Assembly (NCBI GenBank): GCA_001786015.1
Contig: MFVH01000001.1
Span: 1 to 41,427 of the forward strand
DNA length: 41,427 nucleotides
Source of the DNA: Candidatus Nomurabacteria bacterium RIFCSPLOWO2_01_FULL_46_18
Lineage (GTDB): Bacteria > Patescibacteriota > Minisyncoccia > Phycocordibacterales > UBA9973
Reading direction: 5' to 3'
Position 1 is the stretch's first letter, and the number at the start of each line of letters is the position of its first letter. The translations under genes and the position numbers were made by a program. The notes beneath the pieces are model-generated. The model saw only the letters and a list, made by a program, of their open reading frames with translations. It was not told the origin of the DNA and did no database searches. Positions 1 to 8,114 of this stretch are shown in pieces.

Positions 1-268
1 AAATAAAATAATTTTCCGACTCGCCCATTCTGTCCAGTTTAGACAAAATAAATTCCCGCGCCTCGGCGTTTTCCAAAATGCCGGAGAAAATGACCGCGCA
101 AGTTTTAAAAAATAAGCCGGGACCGGAATAAAAGCTCTCAATCTGGAGCGGGTTAAAATCGTTCTTTCCGATCGAAAAAATCTCCGCGACCTTCGGTATT
201 GTTTTCATAAACTTTTCGTGGGCCAGACGCTTCCTCTCCGCGTCCTCGCCGGAGAATAAATAAAGCAT
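1..268 (-). CDS. Partial CDS (3' end runs off the window), DNA polymerase III delta subunit (HolA)-like N-terminus
   Basis: The reverse strand reads ATG (266-268) MLYLFSGEDAERKRLAHEKFMKTIPKVAEIFSIGKNDFNPLQIESFYSGPGLFFKTCAVIFSG... and stays open to the window edge. The 'LYLF.GED' start and the 'lF..k.vi' segment resemble HolA N-termini. It is absent from the ORF track because no stop lies in the window. Confidence 0.4.
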   Translation of the reverse strand, partial: MLYLFSGEDAERKRLAHEKFMKTIPKVAEIFSIGKNDFNPLQIESFYSGPGLFFKTCAVIFSGILENAEAREFILSKLDRMGESENYFI

Positions 269-272
269 AAAT

Positions 273-746
273 TTAAAATCTTACTTCCCTTTCATACTGG
301 CGATATGAATCGCCGTATTTTTCTTCCAATGTTTCTTCATACTTTTTAAGAAAGACAGTTTTACTGAGGAGAAACGACAAGATCGTAGAGACAACCACGA
401 AAAAGGCGTTGGCGACAATTCCGAAGCCCAGGGTTAGAAGGAAAAGCCCCCAATGGGTGGGCGTGCGAGTATAGCAGTAGGGGCCCCTGCAGAAATCTTC
501 CTTGGTCGGACTCTCTCTGGCGTGTAGATTCCGCGTCGTGCGCTGGGCCCAAAAAATAAGCGCCGAGGCCAGAATCAGCAGAACAAAGCCGAGCGAGATA
601 ACGACGGTATCTTTTAAAATTCGGAGAGGAAAAAGAACATCCAAGACCACCCCCGCGATCAAAAAAATAAAATAACTGAAATAGGAATGGGCTAAAATAG
701 AGTGAATTTTATTGGTTAAATCCAGAGTTTTTACTTCGCCTACCAT
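273..746 (-). CDS. Isoprenylcysteine carboxyl methyltransferase (ICMT)/phospholipid methyltransferase-family membrane protein
   Basis: 157 aa and multi-pass hydrophobic. The C-terminal 'GPYCYTRTPTHWGLFLLTLG...EE..LEEKYGDSYRQYEREV' matches the ICMT/PEMT signature (GPY.y.RHP.Y.g). Confidence 0.6.
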   Translation of the reverse strand: MVGEVKTLDLTNKIHSILAHSYFSYFIFLIAGVVLDVLFPLRILKDTVVISLGFVLLILASALIFWAQRTTRNLHARESPTKEDFCRGPYCYTRTPTHWGLFLLTLGFGIVANAFFVVVSTILSFLLSKTVFLKKYEETLEEKYGDSYRQYEREVRF

Positions 747-765
747 TCAACTATTATAACATAAA

Positions 766-3138
766 TCACTTCACTTCGCCCAGATTGCCTCCGGCTCCGA
801 CATGGACAGAAAGTGGCACGTCGGTTTTGAAGTAGATATATGACCGCTCCAGCACATTCTCCATCGCTCTTTTAATTAACTTTTCCGCCCCTTCGAGCGC
901 GCTCTCTTCAATTTCATAAACGAGCTCGTCGTGGATAACCAAAACTAGGCAGACACTATTCAGCATTTTCGTTTTTGCCAAATCTTCGTGAACATACCGA
1001 ATCGCGAGCTTGATAATGTCCGCGGCCGTGCCTTGGATCGGCGCGTTAATGGCGGTGCGCTCGGCCATATTTTTCAAAAATGGAACCCGAGAATTGATAT
1101 TCGGGAAATTCCGCCTCCGGCCGAAGAGAGTTTCGGTATAAGAATTTTTCACGGCTTGGGTTTTTACTCCTTCGAGATAATCTTTGAGCCCGGCAAATTG
1201 GCGGAAATAATTATCGTAAAATTTCTGCGCTTCTTCCCGTGTTCCGCCTAAATTCTTCTTCAGCGCGGAAACCCCCATCCCGTAGAGAATGCCGAAATTT
1301 ATCACCTTGGCCTGCCTTCTCATTTCCGCGGCCACTTTTTCAATCGGAACTCCAAAAACAAAAGAAGCGACACCGGCGTGAATGTCTTTTTTATTCCTGA
1401 AAATGCCGATCATCTTCAAGTCTTTCGAAAGCATTGCCGCCACTCGAAGCTCGATCTGACTGTAATCAAAAGCGACAAGCTTGTGCCCGGGGCGGGCGAC
1501 AAAACCTCCGCGGATTCTTTTTCCCAAATCGGATTTGATCGGTAAATTCTGCAGGTTCGGGTCTTGTGAAGAAAAGCGCCCGGTCACCGTTCCGTTTTGC
1601 AAGAACTTCGCATGCAGGCGGCCGTCGGGACCGACCATTTTGGGAATCACGTCAATATAAGTTGAGAGCAATTTCTGGAGTTCGCGGTAGCTCATGATTT
1701 CTCTTACAATCAAATTTTCTTCGGCTAATTCTTCCAGGACTTCTATCTTGGTAGAATATGCGCCGCTTGCTCCCTTTCTTCCTCTCTTCAGACCAAGCTT
1801 CTCGAATAAAACTTGGGCTAGTTGTTTCGGGGAGTTAATATTAAATTCCCCTCCTGCCATCCGGTAGATTTTTTTGACTAAAATATCCAATTCCCGGTGG
1901 TACTCGCGAGAGAGTTTTTCAAAATATCCTTTATCGATAAGGATACCCCGGTCTTCCATCTCTTTGATCAAGGGCATAATCGGGTGCTCAATCTCTTCAT
2001 AAATTTTCAGCAGCTTTTTTTCTTTTAATTTTTCAAAAATATACTCATGCGCCTCTTGGAAAGAGCTTGTCTTTCCGAAAATCAAAACGTCTTCAAGATT
2101 CGGGTTCACCGTATCCGAATTAATGAGCCAGAGAGCAATCGAGGCTTCGCGAAGCTTCTCAAGATCTACTTCTTCTTTCTTTCCTTCGGGGAGAGGGAGA
2201 GCCACCTCTCCTCCGTTTTCTCCGAAAAATCTTCGAACCCGCGCGAATAAGCTGCGAAATTCAAATTTGGCAAAAACTTCTTCAATCTTTTTTAAATCAG
2301 CGCTCTCCCAGAAAGTTTTCGCCGGGGTGTTGAATTTAATCGGCGCGTCGAGCCGGATCTTTCCGAGCGTTTTGGAGAAAAGCGCTTCTTCTTCGTTCTC
2401 TTTGATCAGTTTTATTATCCGTTCTGAAAAACCAGCTTCCTTAAATCGTAATTCGTAATCTTTAATTTTAAATTGCTTGTAGATTTCTTCAATCGTCCCG
2501 AACTTAAGAATGAGCTCGGTGGCCGTTTTCTCACCAACTCCCTTAATCCCGACAATGTTGTCCGAGGGATCGCCGCGCAAACCCTTATAGTCCGGAAGCA
2601 GCGCCGGCTTGAAACCGAAACGCGCGATTACCTTATCTTCGTCATATAAAATAGTGTCAGAGATTCCCTTCTTTAAGGTATAAACTTGCACTCTTTTATC
2701 ATCGACCAGCTGCATCGTATCCATGTCTCCAGAAGCAATAATTATTTTTACACCATCTTCCCTCTTTAACTTCTCTATAATAGTCCCTATCACGTCATCC
2801 GCTTCGAATCCCACGGCATCATAGATCGGAATACCGAAGGCTTCAAAAATCTCCCGAGAATTTTTTAACTGGACGATAAGCGCGTCATCGGCTTTGGCTC
2901 GGCCGGCCTTATAGCCGTCATACGCCTCGTGACGAAAAGTCTTGCCGGGCAGGTCGTAACAGGCGACAATATAATCCGGCTTGAGTTCGCCGATAATCCT
3001 CATGAGCATGGTGGCGAGACCATACAAGGCGCCCGTCGGCTCCCCAGAAGAGGAAAGAAACTCCGGAAGAGCATGATAAGCCCGATGAATTATCGCGTGA
3101 GCATCCAAAAGGACCAATAATTGAGGCTTTTTCGACAT
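766..3138 (-). CDS. polA: DNA polymerase I (5'-3' exonuclease plus family A polymerase)
   Basis: 790 aa. N-terminal FEN/5'-3' exonuclease domain (LLVLDAHAIIHRAYHA, GIKGVGEKTA). Polymerase motif A is DYSQIELRV, motif B is RRQAKVINFGILYGM, motif C is LVIHDELVYE. Confidence 0.95.
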   Translation of the reverse strand: MSKKPQLLVLLDAHAIIHRAYHALPEFLSSSGEPTGALYGLATMLMRIIGELKPDYIVACYDLPGKTFRHEAYDGYKAGRAKADDALIVQLKNSREIFEAFGIPIYDAVGFEADDVIGTIIEKLKREDGVKIIIASGDMDTMQLVDDKRVQVYTLKKGISDTILYDEDKVIARFGFKPALLPDYKGLRGDPSDNIVGIKGVGEKTATELILKFGTIEEIYKQFKIKDYELRFKEAGFSERIIKLIKENEEEALFSKTLGKIRLDAPIKFNTPAKTFWESADLKKIEEVFAKFEFRSLFARVRRFFGENGGEVALPLPEGKKEEVDLEKLREASIALWLINSDTVNPNLEDVLIFGKTSSFQEAHEYIFEKLKEKKLLKIYEEIEHPIMPLIKEMEDRGILIDKGYFEKLSREYHRELDILVKKIYRMAGGEFNINSPKQLAQVLFEKLGLKRGRKGASGAYSTKIEVLEELAEENLIVREIMSYRELQKLLSTYIDVIPKMVGPDGRLHAKFLQNGTVTGRFSSQDPNLQNLPIKSDLGKRIRGGFVARPGHKLVAFDYSQIELRVAAMLSKDLKMIGIFRNKKDIHAGVASFVFGVPIEKVAAEMRRQAKVINFGILYGMGVSALKKNLGGTREEAQKFYDNYFRQFAGLKDYLEGVKTQAVKNSYTETLFGRRRNFPNINSRVPFLKNMAERTAINAPIQGTAADIIKLAIRYVHEDLAKTKMLNSVCLVLVIHDELVYEIEESALEGAEKLIKRAMENVLERSYIYFKTDVPLSVHVGAGGNLGEVK

Positions 3139-3160
3139 TATCTAGATTATAGCGTATAAT
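3132..3160 (+). promoter_or_regulatory. Candidate sigma70-type promoter for the pilB-like gene (TCGACA-17-TATAAT); ATG lies 8 nt after the -10 box
   Basis: TCGACA at 3132-3137, a 17-nt spacer, TATAAT at 3155-3160, and the start codon at 3169. This geometry predicts a leaderless or near-leaderless transcript. Confidence 0.4.
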
Positions 3161-3168
3161 TTTACTTA

Positions 3169-4872
3169 ATGGCGGATTTTGATGATGAAAAACAAAAGAA
3201 GCGGCTGGATGATTTACACCGCCTGGAGGAGGAACAGCTGATTTCAACGCTTGCGGAATCGAAGTACGGCATACCTTATATTGACCTCTATCACCACATC
3301 GTCGACAATGAAGCGCTCCGGGCGATTCCGGAAGAAGAAGCGCGCGAACTCAAAGTGGCTCCCTTCGGTCTCTCCGGAAAAAATGTCTTGATTGCTCTTC
3401 GTTCTCCGCAACCAGAGATCCTCTCCAGACTAAGGGGCGAAATGGAGACCAAGGGCCTAGTCGCGAATTTTTATATGGCCTCGGGGGCCAGTCTGGAGAA
3501 AGTTTGGGAGAGATACAAGGAGCTCTCGATGGCGAAGAGTTCGCAGATCGGCGGAATTGAAATCTCGGCTGAAGTCTTAAGAAACACGGCGAAAAATATC
3601 TCAAAAATGCAGGACATCGCCGGAGTAATCGGAGAGGCGCTTCAGGGCAACTCTGTCCATCGGGTCTCACGAATCCTGGAAATAATTTTGGCCGGAGCGA
3701 TCGCGATCGGGGCGTCCGACGTGCATATCGAACCGGAAAAAGACCGCGCCCGGTTGCGCCTGCGTCTTGATGGCGTGCTCCAGGATGTCGCCTTTTTCGG
3801 CTCTGATATTTACCATCTCTTAAATTCGCGGATTAAGCTTCTCTCCGGGATGAAGCTCACTTCCCAAATAAGTCAGGATGGCCGCTTCGGCATTACCGAA
3901 GGAGACGAAGAAATAAATATCAGGGGCTCGCTTATCCCCGGTTCTTACGGCGAGTCGATCGTGCTTCGCATTCTTGATCCAAAATCAATCCAGGTAAAGT
4001 TCGAAGAATTGGGCATCGAGCCGTATTTGCTTTCAATCATCGAGGGGGAAATTGCCAAACCCAACGGCATGATTTTGGTCACCGGCCCGACCGGCAGCGG
4101 GAAAACTACCACTCTTTACGCATTCTTAAGAAAAATTTATTCGCCGGAGATAAACGTCGTCACTATCGAAGATCCGGTCGAGTATCACATCATCGGAATC
4201 ACTCAAACTCAAATCTCCGACAAAGGCAAGGGTTATACTTTCCTGGAAGGGCTGCGTTCGGCCCTGCGCCAAGATCCGGACGTAATCATGGTCGGCGAAA
4301 TCCGCGACTCGGAGACCGCCAGAACGGCGGTGCAATCGGCCTTGACCGGCCACCTGGTTCTCTCCACCCTGCACACCAACAACGCGGCCGGGGTTATCCC
4401 GCGCCTGGTTGATCTGGGAGTAAATCCCAAAATTATGGTTTCTGCCTTGTCGCTTTCGATGGCCCAGCGCCTGGTCCGCCGGCTCTGCCGGTTTTGCAAG
4501 GTTGAAAAACCCGCCCCGGAGGACATGGCGCAGGTGATAAAATCGATAGTGGAAGGGATGAAAAAAGAAGGGAAAGATTTAAAGAAATATAATCTGAAAA
4601 ACATCGATAGTCCACTGAAGCTCTTCTTTCCGGCCGGCTGCGACAAGTGCAACGCCACGGGATACTCCGGCCGAATCGGGATTTTTGAAGCGATCAAAAC
4701 CGACGAGGCGATCGAGAAAATCATTCCGGAGAATCCGAGCGAGCACGAAATAAAAAAAGTGGCGAGTAGGCAAGGAATCCTCTCTTTGCGGCAGGATGGG
4801 GTGGTAAAAATGCTCGCCGGCATCGCTTCCTTTGAAGAAGTACAAAGTGTGGTAGATTTAAACGAGGAATAA
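3169..4872 (+). CDS. pilB: Type II/IV secretion / type IV pilus assembly ATPase (GspE/PilB family)
   Basis: 567 aa. Walker A GPTGSGKTTT, Asp/Walker B region DPDVIMVGEIRD, His box LVLSTLHTNNA, and C-terminal tetracysteine CRFCK...CDKCN. Confidence 0.9.
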   Translation: MADFDDEKQKKRLDDLHRLEEEQLISTLAESKYGIPYIDLYHHIVDNEALRAIPEEEARELKVAPFGLSGKNVLIALRSPQPEILSRLRGEMETKGLVANFYMASGASLEKVWERYKELSMAKSSQIGGIEISAEVLRNTAKNISKMQDIAGVIGEALQGNSVHRVSRILEIILAGAIAIGASDVHIEPEKDRARLRLRLDGVLQDVAFFGSDIYHLLNSRIKLLSGMKLTSQISQDGRFGITEGDEEINIRGSLIPGSYGESIVLRILDPKSIQVKFEELGIEPYLLSIIEGEIAKPNGMILVTGPTGSGKTTTLYAFLRKIYSPEINVVTIEDPVEYHIIGITQTQISDKGKGYTFLEGLRSALRQDPDVIMVGEIRDSETARTAVQSALTGHLVLSTLHTNNAAGVIPRLVDLGVNPKIMVSALSLSMAQRLVRRLCRFCKVEKPAPEDMAQVIKSIVEGMKKEGKDLKKYNLKNIDSPLKLFFPAGCDKCNATGYSGRIGIFEAIKTDEAIEKIIPENPSEHEIKKVASRQGILSLRQDGVVKMLAGIASFEEVQSVVDLNEE

Positions 4873-4874
4873 AA

Positions 4875-5528
4875 ATGAAAAGTAAATTCCAAATTTTTGA
4901 AAAAAAAGACCGGAAGCATTTTAAGGTAATTATCTTCGGGAGCTCCCGGGTCAAAATGTATGATAACACCTACAAGAAAGTGTGGCGTTTGGCGGAGCTC
5001 TTGGGTGAGCGCGGGGTGGACGTAGTGACCGGCGGGGGGCCCGGACTGATGCAAGCGGCCAACGAGGGTCATCGTGAGGGAAGCAAGCTCGGGCGCCACC
5101 GGACTCATTCAATCGGCATCGGGGTGAAACTGCTTTGGAAACAGAAATTCAATAAGTCGGTGCAATATAAAGAAGAATTCAATAAATTCTCCAGAAGGCT
5201 CGACGAATTTATGCTTCTCTCCAACGCCGTTGTCGTCGCCCCCGGAGGATTAGGCACGATGCTGGAATTATTTTACAGTTGGCAACTAGTTCAAGTACAC
5301 AATATCTGCAACATACCGATTATTTTAATGGGAAAAAGGTGGAGAGGGCTCCTAAGGTGGATAAAAAAGGAGGCACTCCGAAAAAAATACTTAAACAAAG
5401 ACGATTATGAACTGGTTTTCTGCGTCGATACTCCCAAGCAAGCGATAAAAATAATCGAGGAGAGTTTCAATTCTTTCAAGAAGGGCGGGAAAAATTTCTG
5501 TCTAAATTACAAAAAATATAAAGTCTAA
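4875..5528 (+). CDS. LOG-family / TIGR00730-type Rossmann-fold nucleotide-binding protein
   Basis: 217 aa with GGGPGLM and PGGLGTMLE motifs. It starts 2 nt after the pilB stop. Confidence 0.7.
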   Translation: MKSKFQIFEKKDRKHFKVIIFGSSRVKMYDNTYKKVWRLAELLGERGVDVVTGGGPGLMQAANEGHREGSKLGRHRTHSIGIGVKLLWKQKFNKSVQYKEEFNKFSRRLDEFMLLSNAVVVAPGGLGTMLELFYSWQLVQVHNICNIPIILMGKRWRGLLRWIKKEALRKKYLNKDDYELVFCVDTPKQAIKIIEESFNSFKKGGKNFCLNYKKYKV

Positions 5529-5800
5529 ACAAAAAGATACTAATCCCTAAACAATCCTTTTGGGCACAAAACCTAAAAGTAACAAATTCTTGAAGGATAG
5601 CCCCAGCGCACCAGAGGTGGCCAAAGCGTCCTACGCAAATTCGTATAACCAGGGGTTGATTGCTTAGAGATCAGTATCTTCTTATAAAAGAACTCCCAAA
5701 TTATATCCTATCTCCCGAGAGCGTCTATCTGCTATAATGTGGATGACCTGTTAATACCTGTTGATAAATTCTGAGGAGAGTATAGCATATTTTAATATCA

Positions 5801-6817
5801 ATGTCAAGTTCAAAAAACAAAGAAAATAAGGATCTTTTGGGAGATTCCCACCTGGACCAGACCTTGCGGCCAAGAACTTTTCTCGAATATGTCGGCCAAA
5901 AGCACATCAAGGATAATATCAAAATCCTGCTTAAGGCGGCAGCGGAAAGAGGTCACACCCCGGAGCATATCCTTTTTTATGGTCCACCGGGGCTGGGAAA
6001 AACTACGCTAGCTCATTTGATCGCCAGAGAAACCGGAAAGCAGATGAAAATCACTTCCGGCCCGGCGATCGAGAAAGTCGGGGACTTGGCTTCGATCCTG
6101 ACCAATCTCTCACCGGGCGACATTCTTTTCATCGACGAAATTCATCGGCTGAATAAAATGGTGGAAGAAATACTTTATCCGGCGTTGGAGTCCGGCGTCC
6201 TCGACATCATCCTCGGCAAGGGACCTTCGGCCCGGACGATACAGCTTGATCTTCCCCCTTTTACGCTAATTGCCGCCACTACTCGGGTCGCGCTTATCTC
6301 GGCGCCGCTCCGCTCTCGTTTCTCCGGCGGAGTTTTCCGACTGGAGTTTTATTCCAATAAAGAAATTGAAGAAATTATCCGACGTTCGAGCAAATTGCTC
6401 CAGGCGGAACTGGTCCCCGAGGCAACGGAAGAAATTGCCAAACGCAGCCGCTTCACTCCCCGCACTGCCAATTATTTTTTGAAGCGTTGCCGGGATTTTG
6501 CCCAAGTGCATAAAAAAAAGCTGGATAAAAGCACAGTCGAAGAGGCGCTCCGGATGCTCTCGGTTGACGAGTCCGGCTTGAATATTTCCGACCGAAAGTT
6601 TCTGGAGGTTCTAATCAAAAAATTCTCCGGCGGGCCGGTCGGCCTGAAAACGATCGCGGCCGCTCTCTCCGAAGAAGAAGCGACCCTGGAAGAAGTAATC
6701 GAGCCGTATCTGATTCAGCTTGGATTTTTGGAGCGCACTCCTCGCGGGCGCCTCGCCACCTCAAAAGCCCACGAGCATTTGGGACTTGGAAAAGAAGGAC
6801 CCAATAAGCTTCTCTAA
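5801..6817 (+). CDS. ruvB: Holliday junction branch migration helicase RuvB
   Basis: 338 aa. Walker A GPPGLGKTTLA, Walker B LFIDEIHRL, and typical RuvB N- and C-terminal domains (RP..F.EY.GQ). Confidence 0.95.
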   Translation: MSSSKNKENKDLLGDSHLDQTLRPRTFLEYVGQKHIKDNIKILLKAAAERGHTPEHILFYGPPGLGKTTLAHLIARETGKQMKITSGPAIEKVGDLASILTNLSPGDILFIDEIHRLNKMVEEILYPALESGVLDIILGKGPSARTIQLDLPPFTLIAATTRVALISAPLRSRFSGGVFRLEFYSNKEIEEIIRRSSKLLQAELVPEATEEIAKRSRFTPRTANYFLKRCRDFAQVHKKKLDKSTVEEALRMLSVDESGLNISDRKFLEVLIKKFSGGPVGLKTIAAALSEEEATLEEVIEPYLIQLGFLERTPRGRLATSKAHEHLGLGKEGPNKLL

Positions 6818-6820
6818 ATT

Positions 6821-7345
6821 ATGGCCGGTCATAATAAATGGTCACAAATTAGGAGACAGAAAGAAGTAACCGACGCGAAAAAAAGCAAGGCTTTTTCAAA
6901 ATTGACGAGGATGATCGGTGTACAAGCGCGAATCTCCGCGGGAAAAGATACGGTAGAGCTTCGAGCGGCGGTTGAAAAAGCAAAAAAGGCAAATGTTCCG
7001 AAAGATATTATCGAAAGAGCTGTAAAGAAAGCGGGCGAATCCGCCAAAATGGAAACGGCAACCTATGAAACCTACGGTCCGGGCGGAGTCGGTGTAATAA
7101 TTGAAGCTTTAACTGACAATAAAAATAGAACAACTCAAGAGATAAAACATATTCTTTCCGAAAATAATTCAGCTCTCGGTTCGATCGGGTCGGTCGCTTG
7201 GGTTTTTTCCATCTCTCCCGAGAAAAAATGGATTCCAAAAAATACAACCTCTCTCTCCGGCGAAGACTTGAAACTTTTAGAAAAACTAGTGGACGAGCTT
7301 GAGGAGAACGATGATGTGCAGGAAGTTTACACTAACGCCGAATGA
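6821..7345 (+). CDS. yebC: YebC/PmpR-family protein, unusually short (174 aa)
   Basis: The N-terminus MAGHNKWSQIRRQKEVTDAKKSKAFSKLTRMI matches the canonical YebC start. The C-terminal DDVQEVYTNAE also matches the family. Confidence 0.8.
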   Translation: MAGHNKWSQIRRQKEVTDAKKSKAFSKLTRMIGVQARISAGKDTVELRAAVEKAKKANVPKDIIERAVKKAGESAKMETATYETYGPGGVGVIIEALTDNKNRTTQEIKHILSENNSALGSIGSVAWVFSISPEKKWIPKNTTSLSGEDLKLLEKLVDELEENDDVQEVYTNAE

Positions 7346-7354
7346 GGCTAGAAA

Positions 7355-7363
7355 TGATAGAAT
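7355..7363 (+). promoter_or_regulatory. Candidate extended -10 element (TGaTAGAAT), 6 nt upstream of the ruvC ATG
   Basis: TGATAGAAT at 7355-7363, with the ATG at 7370. I saw no Shine-Dalgarno-like purine tract between them. Confidence 0.3.
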
Positions 7364-7369
7364 CTTAGT

Positions 7370-7855
7370 ATGAGAATACTGGGTATTGATCCGGGATATG
7401 AGCGGTTGGGCATAGCCGTTTTGGAAAAAAAGGGCGGGAAAGAACACGTTTTGTTTTCCGCCTGTTTTAAAACTTCACCGAAGTTAGAATTTCCGGAAAG
7501 ATTAAATTTAATTAGCGAAGAAATTGGAGGAATGGTGAAAAAATACAAGCCGGAAGTGCTGGCGATTGAAACTCTTTTTTTAAACACCAACCAAAAAACG
7601 GCGATGCGGGTGGCCGAAGTTCGGGGGGTCGCTTTAAATGAGGCGGTCAAGGGAGGTCTCCGCGTTTTTGAGGCTTCTCCGCCCCAAATCAAAACAGCTA
7701 CGACCGGCTACGGCCGGGCGAACAAAGAACAAATGAAAAAAATGGTGAAAATGCTTGTAAATATTGAGACGGGACGGGAATCGGACGATGAGCTTGATGC
7801 GATCGCGGTTGCTTTGACCGCCTTGGCGCACTTGGGGAACATAAGGCCGACGTAA
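7370..7855 (+). CDS. ruvC: Holliday junction resolvase RuvC
   Basis: 161 aa. MRILGIDPGYERLGIAVLE (catalytic Asp), AIETLF, and DELDAIAVAL at the C-terminus. Confidence 0.9.
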   Translation: MRILGIDPGYERLGIAVLEKKGGKEHVLFSACFKTSPKLEFPERLNLISEEIGGMVKKYKPEVLAIETLFLNTNQKTAMRVAEVRGVALNEAVKGGLRVFEASPPQIKTATTGYGRANKEQMKKMVKMLVNIETGRESDDELDAIAVALTALAHLGNIRPT

Positions 7856-7863
7856 AAATCGGC

Positions 7864-7890
7864 CTCCGACCTCTAAGGGGAGCGTCGGAG
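7864..7890 (+). terminator. Hairpin downstream of ruvC (CTCCGAC-13 nt-GTCGGAG) with no U-tract
   Basis: A 7-bp perfect stem, 7864-7870 pairing with 7884-7890. It directly abuts a perfect TTATCCACA at 7891-7899. Confidence 0.25.
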
Positions 7891-7982
7891 TTATCCACAG
7901 TAAATAGAAATCTCCCTTGCCAAACAATTTTCTTTTTGCAAAAATAAAAAAATCAAAGTCGAATTTTTAAAAATAAAACTAT

Positions 7983-8114
7983 ATGTTTTACGACGACGAA
8001 TTAGCTAGCGAAAGAAATTTTGGTACTGATGAAGAAGAGGAGACGCCTGAATCGGAGGAGGGGGCAGTGAGTGGTTTAGAGGAAGAGGAAGAAGACCCCT
8101 ACCAGGAAAATTAG
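7983..8114 (+). CDS. Possible 43-aa highly acidic small ORF
   Basis: ATG at 7983, translating to MFYDDELASERNFGTDEEEETPESEEGAVSGLEEEEEDPYQEN, with TAG at 8112-8114. Its stop overlaps the tyrS stop on the other strand. I recognise no homology and there is no clear RBS. Confidence 0.2.
   Translation: MFYDDELASERNFGTDEEEETPESEEGAVSGLEEEEEDPYQEN

Noticed and set aside
4233-5108. A 291-aa minus-strand ORF spanning the pilB 3' end and the LOG-gene 5' end.
   Set aside because: It is antisense to two genes with strong family motifs. Its translation is low-complexity with no recognisable motif, so it is a typical shadow ORF.
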